Of a DNA stretch of 64,000 nucleotides, positions 37,201 to 49,229 are shown in pieces (the first letter of the stretch is position 1; every line of letters starts with the position of its first letter). This DNA comes from Mobula hypostoma (lineage: Eukaryota), in the NCBI RefSeq assembly GCF_963921235.1, contig NC_086108.1, positions 65,040,001-65,104,000 of the forward strand. The letters are read 5' to 3'. A model generated the notes under the pieces. That model did no database searches, was not told where the DNA came from, and worked only from the letters and a program-made list of their open reading frames with translations. The translations under genes and the position numbers were made by a program.

Positions 37201-40200
37201 GCAGAGGTTCAGTGAAATCACATGCAAATTCGTTTTCATGGCAAGCAGCTCAAGAGTGTCTTCCTATGGTATGAACTTGAACTTGTTACAAAGCTGTACC
37301 GCTCAGCAAAAGAGGCTGTAGAATTCAGGAAAAAAAGTGCAAGTGTTTAGCATAAGGATTAATTTTGGACCAAAGTGCAATCAGGTTGTCTCTCAGGCAG
37401 TCTAACTCACAGCTCTAATAGACACGGCATCACTGTGGGACAATGGTTAAAGAATGGAACAAAAACAAGTATGTGGAACAAAAATGTTCGCACATTTCTG
37501 AACTTGGATTCAGACAGTACAAATACTATTAGCAATTAAGTAAAGGAAATGGTACAAGCTTAATCTTTTCTGAGGCAAAACCTGGAGCTGAGAATGTTAA
37601 TGTTATGAAAATGTTAATGTTCTATAGAATAGAATCATATTTTAATTTACACTAGTGGCCAATATTGTTAGCTGAATGTGGTAACTGAGTGATCCATATG
37701 GCTGCTGTTATTGTTTATGACAAAAGAAATAAGCAATTAACAAGAGTAAGCTGCCCTTCCTGGATCTAATTGCTCACCTAATGCTGACCATATTTTCTAA
37801 AAACTAAAACTTCTGAATTGCCGTGCCTGTTAATCACAGTTACATGTTTCTTTCTCTTTGTGATTAACAGGAACCGTGCATTTTCCCTGTCATCCTGAAG
37901 CTATGAATGCAATTGTTGTAATCATTTTCCAACAAGACCGTAATCTTTTATTTCAAAAAAATAAAAGAGAAAAGCAGGGGAAAAAGCAGGAAATGAGCTG
38001 TCCTTTGTCAAGAGATTTCCGAAATGTAATGACTGGTGAAATATTTGTGTTGAACTGGCTTGTCGGCAGGGGTCTTTCACTGCTGACACTTGGATTCTTT
38101 AGAATTCGCACCGCAATATCCTCAAAAACCCCTTCTGGTAGATCAGGTAGGCCAGCGGTGCTCTTTGATGGTTTTTCATGAGCAATGGAATGGCATAATG
38201 AGAGGAAGCTATTACTCAAGCATAAAATACTCTTTGAGGTAGCGAAATGGCAGAGTTAACACTGTCTAAGAAGCTTTTTCTTTCCTTTATTTCTCATTAA
38301 TTTTTTTGTCCCTGTGCATGTTCCATGATGGGAGATGTTTTGTCTGCAAACCATTTCTTCAACTTGCAGCACCTGCCTCTGAAAGAAGCAGCTCTTGTGG
38401 CTGCACTTGAATCAACAATAATCAGGGAATCAGTGAATGCACCCCAGTGCGTATGCAGCAAAAATTGAAAAAAACAATCAGTTGATTTGTGAGTAATGTA
38501 GTCTTTAAACTTCATTATTCAAAGGACAATTGGAATAATCAACGGTGTTTGAAGAAGAAGAAAAAATGTCTGGTACAAAATCGAAGGGATCTCTGGTTGC
38601 TACTAGAAAGTAACCATGAGCCAAATTAAATTGCCAAATGGATCCAATTCTTAGCCTTGTAATCTTAATTACAAAGATCTAAAGTATGGGATTATTTGGG
38701 AAGGAATGCCTGTAAAAATATATAGATGACATGTACTGAGGTGCTTTTGTGCAGTTTTTCTACTACTTGTGCTTTGGTTGGGTGTTTAGCCATGAAAATG
38801 TTAGTTTTAGTTGTTTTTGGTTCCTTTGGGAGGAATTAGCTATGTTGCCAATCTCAAAAATATAGTCATAGGAAAACAGTGACAATATTTTCTGTTGGAA
38901 CAAGAAACACAGCACCTTGAAGCAGCTGGACTCTTCAGCATTTCTACATATGCTTCCTTTTCTCATTTTTTTGTTATCCAATTGAGATTGCCTGGAATAC
39001 AACTAAGGTTAGAGGGAACATCCACATAGAATGGCTACCTCCAAACCTTCATGAGATTTATATCTGTAAGTTCCAACTCGCCATGCCCATCTCCTCCTGA
39101 GTCAGGAACACTGTTTGTAAAGATACTTGGACACTAAAGCTAAGTTACATCATGCTAGTACTAAGTTAGGGAGTATCTACTCCAAAGACTGCTAACAGTA
39201 AGGTTCACTATTGTCCTGAATTTCATGGTCTCTGAGAATATCAGTGCACTGTTGGTGTAGATGCATTGTTTCTTTAGCTGCTAGTTCATGTGCTTTTCTG
39301 CAGAAATGTACTGAAGTACTGTAATGAGATAAAGTAACTTAGTGTAGAAAGACAAACCCAGTGTGTCTAGCTGCAAGTGGCACTGTATGAGGACGTCTCT
39401 CCCATGCTGAGGTGGAACTGGCCTATAGGCAAGTGTAATTTCTGAAAGGGAGCTAAATGATGATTCATGAAACTGCTTTTATTTGAAGATTTCTTGTACC
39501 TATCAGAAATTATAACAGAGCTGTGTGGCTCTTGACAGCTGGGTAGATCATCAGTTCCGTGTTCTATCATTTCCATCTCCATCCTAGAATTTAAAAGGTG
39601 TTATGCAAGAAGTTCCTCATCACAGTTCCTGTTCTGCAGTACTATAGCTTGGTTTCCCAAACAGGAGGGTAGTAATTCTGAGAAATTCTGTGCCATTTTT
39701 ACATTGTACCCTTGCAACATTTTCCATTGCCGGGTTCTGTCACCATACCTGAAAGCAGGTGGACATTCACTCTTTCTGTTAGGGCTGTTCCTTACCTTTA
39801 TGCACAATTGTCAGTGTCAAGCACAAGGGAGCTATGCATTCATAATTTACATGAGTTTGTAGATAGAATGCATTGACCATCCATCTGCCTGGATGTGGAT
39901 TGTAGGTCTCAACAGTATTGTCCACTCGATGAATTCTGCTCAGAGTATCAATTTAAGTTCTTGTAAACATCATCCATTTTTAACGTGGCTTGAAGTAGTT
40001 GTTTTTACCTTGTCCATTCACCCTATTCTGTCTCTTGATGGTCAGATTAGTGTTTGGATTTATAAATTGTATCATATAACCTTCCCTATCTGTCAGAGTT
40101 GAGAAAATTATATAAATCGGCCTGATAATTAGAGAAATTTACAGTTAAATGGGATTAGTGTTCAGCTTGCTGACGATCATGGTAATGAAACAAGGCGTGA

Positions 40201-40559
40201 TTGATTGATAAGTGGTTGCCATGCAGACTGTGATGTTCGGACTAAGCAGAATGGGCAGTTTCAACCATTGATAAAGTAAACTATGATACAAAATCAACAA
40301 CTATACTCTAGCACTCCATTTTTTATTTTTCGTTCTATATTATGACACAACCAGAAGAATTATACTGAATATAATGGAATGGGTGACTGATTGGTAACTT
40401 TGCAAAAAGGTGTATAAATTATTACTTTTTTATGAACACGTGGCTATAAAGTGGAATAAGGGTTGCTTAAACTGGCAAAAGTTAAACTTGTTTTGATCAG
40501 AAATTGTTCTTTCGATACAATGGTAAGAGATTTTTGAAGACAATCTTAGGTTGTCGACA

Positions 40560-41100
40560 CTCGTCAGCTGAACTGTACAGCTGCCAATAGCGAAGGGAGT
40601 AAAATCACTAGAAGCCAGAAGTAGAGGAGCACAGAGTGATAACGAGGGATGGTTGGAGAGAGATCACCAGAGACAGAGAGTGATAACAGAGGAGATTAAA
40701 AGTAAAAATGAGAAAGGATTCCTGTTGCAATATGTAGGTCAGTGAATTGCAGGGACATATAAAGCAAATAGTCTGACCTGCAACATAGGCATTGATGTTT
40801 TGAGTGAACTTGAATTAATAGAGGCAGAAGATGTGAGACAGGCAGAGAAAATGTGAGAATAGTCAAACCTAAAAGTAATAAAGCATGGGCAAGGATCTTG
40901 GAAGCTAGAATTCTGACAATGAAAGCAAGCCAATTTATTGTGGAGTACTTATGTGATTTGAAGCTAATTCTGGAGTCAAATAAAGCATCAGCATCAAGAA
41001 CAGTTCAGGGAGGGGGAGAGGAAGACGGGAGGGGGTGGAGAAAAAGAATGTATTTGTGTAAGAGACCAGAATTTATTGAGGAATCCAAAATAGTGGCTTA
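40560..41100 (-). mobile_element. Ancient L2-like LINE remnant
   Basis: CFITFRFDYSH in ORF 40739..40933 resembles the L2 RT C-terminal AFITSRLDYCN motif; heavily decayed. Confidence 0.45.
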
Positions 41101-41677
41101 CCAATAACAATAAGAAATTTCTGCTTGTCCACCATTGCTTTCAACTAGTCAGATAGTTGAGAGTCACCATAGAATAGACATCTGTTGGCTTGCGACATCC
41201 TAGCCTTAAAATTTATCTGCACTCAAGTGGTAAATAAAAAATGTCTGTTTATTCTGAGTCCAATTAACAGCAAAATCGGCAAAAGAGGCCACTCAGCACC
41301 TAGATCCAGTTACTCTGCTCAGTTAGGTCATGATGGGATTATGTATTCCATTTACCTCTCTTAGATCCAGAATCCTTTTCACCTTGGAAAAAAAAATTCC
41401 AAGTCCCAGTTTTGAAAGTTAGTTCACCTTAAGAGCAAGTGGAAGTTCCATTTCTAGTATCATATGTATGAAAAAATATTCTTTGATATCACATCTGATT
41501 GGCCAAGCTCGAATCTGAAGATTATCCCACCCTCCATTATGTGTTTCCCCAATAAGTTAATAGATTCCTTTTAAAAACGCAAACACGAGGAATTCTGCAG
41601 ATGCTGGAAATTCAAGCAACACACATCAAAGTTGCTGGTGAACGCAGCAGGCCAGGCAGCATCTCTAGGAAGAGGTA

Positions 41678-41714
41678 CAGTCGACGTTTTGGGCCGAGAC
41701 CCTTCATCAGGACT
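41678..41714 (-). ncRNA. Minimal hammerhead ribozyme with one core mutation (GAAA to AAAA)
   Basis: - strand reads AGTC CTGATGA A GGG TCTCGG CCC AAAA CG TC GACT. Confidence 0.7.
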
Positions 41715-41842
41715 AACTGAAAGAAGAGCTAGTAAGAGATTTGAAAGTGGGAGGGGGAGATCCAAAATGATAGGAGAAGACAGGAGGGGGAGGGATGGAG
41801 CCAAGAGCTGGACAGGTGATTGGCAAAAGGGATATGAGAGGA

Positions 41843-41995
41843 ACACTCACAACACGCTGGAGGAACTCAGCAGGTCGGGCAGCATCCGTGGAAAAGCTCG
41901 GTCGACATTTCCACGGATGCTGCCCAACCTGCTGAGTTCCTCCAGCGTGTTGTGAGTGTTGCTTTGACCCCAACATCTGCAGATTATTTTGTGTT
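41843..41995. mobile_element. 153-bp mini Penelope hairpin nested inside the PLE
   Basis: Perfect 15-bp TSD agggatatgagagga at 41828-41842 and 41996-42010; arms 41842-41894 and 41908-41960; 35-nt tail. Confidence 0.92.
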
Positions 41996-44499
41996 AGGGA
42001 TATGAGAGGATCATGGGACAGGAGGCCCAGGGAGAAAGAAAAGCGGGGGGTCCCAGAGGATGGGCAAGGGGTATAGTGAGAGGGACAGAGGGAGAAAAAG
42101 GAGAGAGAGAAAAAGAATGTGTGTATATAAATAAATAACGGATGGGGTACAAGGGGGAGGTGGGGCATTAACGGAAGTTTGAAAAGTGAATGTTCATGCC
42201 ATCAGATTGGAGGCTACCCAGACGGAATATAAGGTGTTGTTCCTCCAACCTGAGTGTTGCTTCATCTTTACAGTAGAGGAGGCTGTGGATAGACATATCA
42301 GAATGGGAATGGGATGTGGAATTAAAATGTGTGGCCACTGGGAGATCCTGCTTTCTCTGGCGGACAGAGCATAAGTGTTCAGCGAAACGATCTCCCAGTC
42401 TGCGTCGGGTCTCGCCAATATATAGAAGGCCACATCGGGAGCACCGGATGCAGTATATCACCCCAGCCGACTCACAGTTGAAGTGTCGCCTCACCTGGAA
42501 GGACTGTCTGGGACCCTGAATGGTGGTAAGGGAGGAAGTGTAAGGGCATGTGTAGCACTTGTTCCGCTTACAAGGATAGGTGCCAGGAGGGAGATCAGTG
42601 GGGAGGGATGGGGGGACGAATGGACAAGGGAGTCGTGTAGGGAGCGATCCCTGCGGAAAGCAGAGAGGGAGGGGGGAGGGAAAGACGTGCTTAGTGGTGG
42701 GATCCCGTTGGAGGTGGCAGAAGTTACGGAGAATAACATGTTGGACCTGGAGGCTGCTGGGGTGGTAGGTGAGGACCAGGGGAACCCTATTCCTAATGGG
42801 CTAGCGGGAGGATGGAGTGAGAGCAGATGTGCGTGAAATGGGGGAGATGCGTTTGAGAGCAGAGTTGATGGTGGAGGAAGGGAAGCCCCTTTCTTTAAAA
42901 AAGGAGGACATCTCCCTCGTCCTGGAATGAAAAGTCTCATCCTGAGAGCAGATGTGGCGGAGACGGAGGAATTGCGAGAAGGGGTTGGCATTTTTGCAAG
43001 AGACAGGGTGAGAAGAGGAATAGTCCAGATAGCTGTGAAAGTTAGTAGGCTTAGAGTAGACATCAGTAGATAAGCTGTCTCCAGAGATAGAGACAGGAAG
43101 ATCTAGAAGGAGGAGGGAGGTGTCGGAAATGGACCAGGTAAACTTGAGGGCAGGGTGAAAGTTGGAGGCAAAGTTAATGAAGTCAACGAGCTCAGCATGC
43201 AGAGCCAATGCAGTTGTCGATGTAGCGAAGGAAAAGTGGGGGACAGATACCAGAATAGTTCTGGAACATAGATTGTTCCACAAAGCCAACAAAAAGGCAG
43301 GCATAACTAGGACCCATACGGGTGCCCATAGCTACACCTTTAGTTTGGAGGAAGTGGGAGGAGCCAAAGGAGAAATTATTAAGAGTAAGGACTAATTCCG
43401 CTAGACGGAGCAGAGTGGTGGTAGAGGGGAACTGGTTAGGTCTGGTTAGAAGTTTCTTTCTGTCTACCTTATCCTCTATACTGAAGTAAATACAGACCTA
43501 ATCTATACTATCTACTATCTTAATTTACTTATTGTCATAGTGATGTACATACACTGTACACCTTCCAAGAGCAATTTAAACTCTCTGTGCTATGGTGCCC
43601 AAATCATTTAGCTGTAGTGTATCATCCCTCCCTTTGTGCCCATGATGCCATGATGGTAGATTAATTACCAGCAGCACCTTGCTGAGTGTGGCTAGCTGTG
43701 GTACTAAGTTTGTATATGGAGCTAATCCATTTTTCACCACTCAACCATTATCAGATGTACCTAGTTTCAAGCCAACCTAATTGTATTATCCAGACTGAGG
43801 GAAGAATTATTACTTCTATAAGATGACAGATATACATACATCATGTGGCTAAATGAAATCATGGCACTAATTATATTTGTAGAAATGTTCCATTACTCCA
43901 AAGTCATAGATTTCAACCACGTGCCTAACAAGGAGCAATGTTAAGTGACACAGAAGGATTTGGTAACAGCCAATAATATTGATCAAGTAGTAGATGAAGA
44001 TGTAAATAAGGCAAAGAATGTTTTTATTCATTTGACTATGCATAATTGTGAGGCAGAACAGCTTAGGGTTTTAGTTTAGAAATTTGTAGCACTGCATTTA
44101 GTTCAGAATTTTCTCAAAGCAATTGTAAACCATAAATAAACTATGAAAATACTATTTTGGAATGTTTTTATTTTCTAAGATGTGCCCAGATGCTCTTCTG
44201 TCTGAAGGTTTATTTTCTCTAAGGCTGGTTGCGGCTGCTTCTTTGCAGATAATGAAGATATTTCTTGACATAAATAGATTACCTGGCTTTATTTCAACAG
44301 TTTTGTCTTTGCATTACTCATAATTCCAGAATGTGTAAATATATGTGATGCACTTTTAAAGGTACAAGTAGTCTTATACGTTAGTTTTAATTCCTACAAT
44401 CTGTGATTTATTCCGTTGGTTTCTAATGGTTGTAAATCAACAACAGCAATCAGATGACACCTTGGCTTTAATTTTACCTTTAATTATACAAAGTAGCGT

Positions 44500-45130
44500 G
44501 AATGTGAGTGTTGAGAAATGGGGAAGTGCACTATTACATAGTGTCCTTTGCATGATTCATTGGAAGTAAGTATACAGACACTGCAGAAGGTGAAAAAGGC
44601 AAATGGTGTGCAGGAGGATTTGGATAAGCGAGTGCAATTGTAATTGCAGCAATTAATATTATGTTTAGAAAAATTACAATATTCCGAGAGGACAGGGCAG
44701 GCCAGATACAGATTTATTTATCTATCACCTGTATATCGAAGCATACAGTGAGGTGCATTGTTTGCATAAACAACTAACACAACAAAGGATGTGTTGGGTG
44801 CAGCCTGCAAGTGTCACCACCAAAATGATGTGCCCATAACATGAACAGGGAAGGCTGCTTCCATTGGTGTGGAAGTCCAGAATCAAGGATTGGAACCTAA
44901 GGATACTGGGTATGCAATGTAAAACTGAGATAAGAAGAGAGTTCCTCACTCCATGAATTCTGCACCACCAATCTTTAAATATATTCAAAAATTGGTGGAA
45001 ATGGTCTTAATAGCTTTAAAGAGATTTGGGGAGAACACAGGGACACACTAATTTCAATGAGCAGCCATGATTATATTGCATGACAGGATTAACTCAAAGG
45101 CTGAATTTCCTACTCCAACTCTTTTCTGTG
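44500..45130 (+). mobile_element. Decayed CR1 fragments with an inserted LINE 3' end (-, about 44705-44845)
   Basis: gtgaaaaaggcaaatggt, aaaactgagataagaagagagttcctcact and ctcaaaggctgaatttcctactcc CR1 motifs. Confidence 0.55.
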
Positions 45131-46429
45131 TTTCTGTGAAGCTGTCCATTATTAATTTGTTATTTTCTAATCATGATTCCAATTAACTAAGCCTACTAGA
45201 TCCCCAGTTTGACTGATTAGCCTATGAACAGCCCATCTCTGTGCATGGGCTAACCTCCGTTCTTTAACACTGATAGTGCTTTTTATTTCTGCCTGTTTAT
45301 GTAGAGGTAGCCAATTTGCTACTGTGTGATTAAAAGGATGCCAGCCAAGATATTCTTTAATTAATGTGGCCAAGATCCGTGGGGAAGCATGAGAGTGACA
45401 TCAAACACCTGAGGAGAATAGATTTAAAACAATAATAAGGTAATAAAAAATGCATTTAAGGATGGGTGATAACTGCTAGTCTTGACAACAGTGCCTTAAT
45501 TCCTTGGATAAATACAAAGTCCAGTGCATAAACTATTTTCACAAGATACCAACAGTAAATACTAAATTATATGGCAAGCTTTTCTTGCAGCAATCATAAT
45601 TTTGTATTATTTAATCATTGTAATGCACAATGATTTTATTCATAGTGCAATAAAGTGTACATTTTGCGTGTATTAAAAATGAACATTTAGTAATAGCGGA
45701 TAATTGCTTAATTTATTTGTATATCACATTTCAAAACTGGTGTTGATTTTTATTTTACAAGGGTATTGAGGACTACAAAGCAAAGCAGATAGATGATGAA
45801 ATATTGATCAGCCATGATCTAGTTGACTGGCAGAACACTTCAAGGCCCTGAATACTTGCTTTTGTTAATTCCTGCTGCGTACTTCAATGGAAGGTGTAGT
45901 TTAGACATCAGTTGTATTTTCTAAAATATTTAGAATTTGCATGCAAATGTTGATATAAAATAATAATGACCTGGCTAGATACACGAACACAAAATACTTG
46001 AAAGTAACCTGTATTTATTTAAAACATGCAAATGAATTCTCCACCCACCTCTGGGTTTTCTCTGGACCCCAGAAGGATACTCTGAAATAGATCCATTGTT
46101 CACTGAACTACTTTTATTCTCAATAGGTGTCTGAGGTGTCAGACTGGCACTTGCAAATTTCTTTAAGAAAAGTGCCTGAACAATGTCATTTTTAATTCAT
46201 CCCTTCTGCATATGTAGAGGAAGTTATATCTCATAGTATTAAAGGGTGGGGGTATATTTGTTCTAACCAAAAGATACCAGTATAGCATAGATTTTCACTT
46301 CTGCAGACAGAATTTAACTCAGAAGTATGAAGTGATATATATTATGGGAAGTTACACCAGTGTAGGGCATAGATAGTGAATGTGTTGAACAGAGAGAGAC
46401 TGAATGGTATGAGTAAGTGTTTGCCTGAA

Positions 46430-47870
46430 AGTGGCAACACAGTTAAACAGCTTATTGATTGGTACTGAGGGTCTGATAGTGTTGAATGCTGAACGTGGAC
46501 AATAACATAAGCCATTGCTATTTCGAAGGCCAAGTGGAGAGCCAATGATATTACATCTGCTGGAGGCCTATTGCAAATTGCAGTGGGTCCAGGTCCTTTG
46601 CTTAGGCAGGAGTTGATTCTGGGAAGACCAATTTCTGAAAGCACTTCACAATAGATGTGAGTGCAACTCAGTGATATAGTTAAGGCAGCTCACCCTGCTG
46701 TCCTTGAGCACTGGTATGATTTGTCTTGCTTTTGAAGCAGGTGGGAACCTTCAACTGCAATAGTGAGAGATTGAAGGTGTCCTTGAACACTCCTGCTAGT
46801 TAGTTGGCACTCAATTTCAGTGTCCTACTGGGTACACCATCAGGGCCTGACACCTTGCGAGGGTTCACTTTCCTGAAAGATGTTCTGACATTGACCTCTG
46901 AGACAGAAATCATAGGTTCACCAGATGCTGCAGAGATTTGCACAGGTGTAGTTTTATTCTCCCTTTCAAAATGTGCTTAAATGCATTGAGCTCATCTGGA
47001 GTGAAGCATCACAGCCATTCATGATGTTAGGTTTTGCCTTGTAATGGCCTGCAAACCCTGCCAGAACTGAAGTGTATCCGATTCTGCCTCTGACTTCAAT
47101 TGGAGGTGTTTTTGCTCTTAAAATATCCTTCTATTGGATGTACCTGGACTTCTTGTATAGTTCTCCATCACTGGTCTTGAATGGCACAGATCTACGAGGG
47201 GTGATTGATAAGTTTGTGGCCTAAGGTAGAAGGAGATGAGTTATACAGCTCTCGTTACATGCATATGCAGCTCAACTCTTTGAGTGATTGTGCAGAAAGT
47301 TTGAAGTTAATAACTCATCGGTTAATAACTCATCAGGGGTGATTGATAAGTTCGTGGCCTAAGGTAGAAAGAGTTGAGTTATTAACCAAACTTTCTGCAT
47401 AATCGCTCAAAGAGTTGAACTGCATGTGCATGTAACGAGAGCTATATAACTCATCTCCTTCTACCTTAGGTCACGAACTTATCAATCACCCCTGCTGTGG
47501 AGGCTTTCTGGAGGTTCAAGATCCGTATGCTCCACGACCGCTGGACTAAGTGTGTAAATGTAGGAGGGGACTATGTTGAAAAATAAATGTGCTAGGTTTT
47601 CTAAAATTGACTCTTTCTACCTTAGGCCATGAACTTATCAATCACCCCTCGTATTCCTCAGCCAAGTATGAAATTTCTGGTTCATCCATGGCTTTTGGTT
47701 GGGTATTTGTGGTATGTCCTCAAAGGCACACACTCATCCGCACAGGTTTTGATGAAGTTGGTGACAACTGTGGTGTATTCATTCAGGTTCAAATATGTAT
47801 CCCTGAGTATTGTCCAGTCCACCAACTCAGATTAGTTTTGTAAGTGCTCCTCCACTTCCTTTGACCATAC
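46430..47870 (-). mobile_element. Rex1-like LINE fragment interrupted by a mariner fold-back element
   Basis: Colinear with 58300-59290 (for example gatttgcacaggtgtagttttattctccctt); RINSCLSK motif. Confidence 0.82.
47195..47651. mobile_element. Mariner-derived fold-back element (copy 2; 4 TIR copies)
   Basis: TA|cgaggggtgattgataag ... cttatcaatcacccctcg|TA; contains the IRMLHDRWTKCVNVGGDYVEK* codons. Confidence 0.92.
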
Positions 47871-47889
47871 CTCGAAGAAAGCTTTTGCC

Positions 47890-48180
47890 ATGTGGCTTCA
47901 TCAGTTGTAACGCTGAGAAAAAAAGTTGGGACATCATATTAGAGTTTTACAAAAGATTAATTAGACTGCACTGGAGCATTGTATACAGTTCTGGTCACTA
48001 GGAAAAATGAAATGATGTGATTATGCAATAGAGGATACAGAAAAAATCCACAAGAATTTTGGCTGGACTGGAGGGATTGAATTCTAAGGGGATTGGATGG
48101 CCTGGGACTACTTCCTCTGGAGTTAAGGAGACTGAGAAGTGCTGTTACTATTACTATTAGGGGCATAGATAGGGTAGTAG
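47890..48180 (+). mobile_element. Decayed CR1 fragment
   Basis: KSWDIILEFYKRLIRLH.. CR1 C-terminal motif. Confidence 0.65.
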
Positions 48181-48209
48181 TAGTTATACTCTCCCCCCTC
48201 CCCCCAGTT

Positions 48210-48912
48210 CAAATTCAAGTTCAATTGTAGTTTTCATTCAACCATACATGAATATAGCCAAACGAATCAGCATTCTTCTGGGGCTAAAGTGTGAAACACA
48301 TTACCAACAGCACACAGAACACCACACATAGCACAAATAGCAAATATGGTTACGATTTCAGAAAAAGACACAGTCACAAAGAGAAAGAAAATAATAATAT
48401 AGCCCAAGTTCCTGTGTGGCATGATTAGATTGATGCTAAGTTTTCCTGGCCCAGCTTGTTCTTTCTTTGAGCAAACACTGGAGGGCAGCACCATCTTAGT
48501 ATCTCCTCCCCTGGGCGACTGCAATAAATGACACCACAGCCTAGGCCTAGGCCTCACTACAACTGAGGCAATGCAGCTCCTCGGCGATTAGTCTCACCAA
48601 AGAACCAGTGGACCAGACTTGCAGTGTATTTTGCCAATGTCAAAGAGGGTCTTGCGATCACAATAAAAACATCCAAGACAGTCACTCACACTGCACACCT
48701 CAAAAGATGCACAAGTTCAGGTGACAACACAACAATGCAGTAAATCCAGCTCCATCACTTTCGAGCAACTTGCTGATGGGGTAGTCCTGCAGTATTGGGT
48801 TTTCTTACTATTCAGTAATGACTTGAGATCATAAAAAAAATGTACAAGACAAACAAATACACTTTTGATTGGACCTGGAGTGGCTGCTGCTTCCAAGCAT
48901 GCTGCCATCTTA
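48210..48912 (-). mobile_element. Probable non-autonomous LINE derivative
   Basis: - strand begins aagatggcagc (LINE 5' motif) and ends in a ttgaacttgaattt tail; no ORF. Confidence 0.45.
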
Positions 48913-49229
48913 GCAGAAGCCAGGAAACATATATGGAGGGGGATAAACAGTTGACATTTCAGTTTGCATAAAACATCAACTTGCCTGACTTGCTGAGTTT
49001 CTCCAGCATTTTGTGTGTTGCTCAAGATTTTCCGCAGCTTCCGAACCTGTTGCATTCGTTAAGGGGACATTATTTTGACATAGTTCTTGGAAGAAGTTAT
49101 CAGCTGGGGAGGACAGAGGAGCGTAGAAGAAATGAGAGCTCATGGATTTACTAGTTTTGCATAGAAGAGGATTTGCTATCTAGTAGGATAAAGAGCTCAT
49201 TTGTATGTTGGCATCCTACGAGGGAGGGA

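Larger units (their letters stand above)
41577..43445 (-). mobile_element. Penelope-like element (Neptune type), 5'-truncated: partial RT, Cys linker, GIY-YIG endonuclease, 3' hammerhead-bearing terminus
   Basis: FHPALKFTWSIS..LDL..TDVYSKPT..YLDYSSSHP..SQFLRLRHICS (RT thumb); GTYPCKRNKCYTCP linker; VIYCIRCSRCGLLYIGETRRRLGDRFAEH..VATHF..EEQHLIFRLG (GIY-YIG); several frameshifts. Confidence 0.95.

Noticed and set aside
42168..42494. GIY-YIG ORF as a homing endonuclease or domesticated nuclease gene
   Set aside because: It is part of a frameshifted Penelope element, with further decayed copies at about 52.7 kb and 54.3 kb.
41560..43460. TSD or inverted terminus for the 41577-43445 PLE
   Set aside because: The flanks (tagattcctttt versus tagaagtttctttc) do not match convincingly and there is no inverted arm, so this copy is not counted in the shared architecture.
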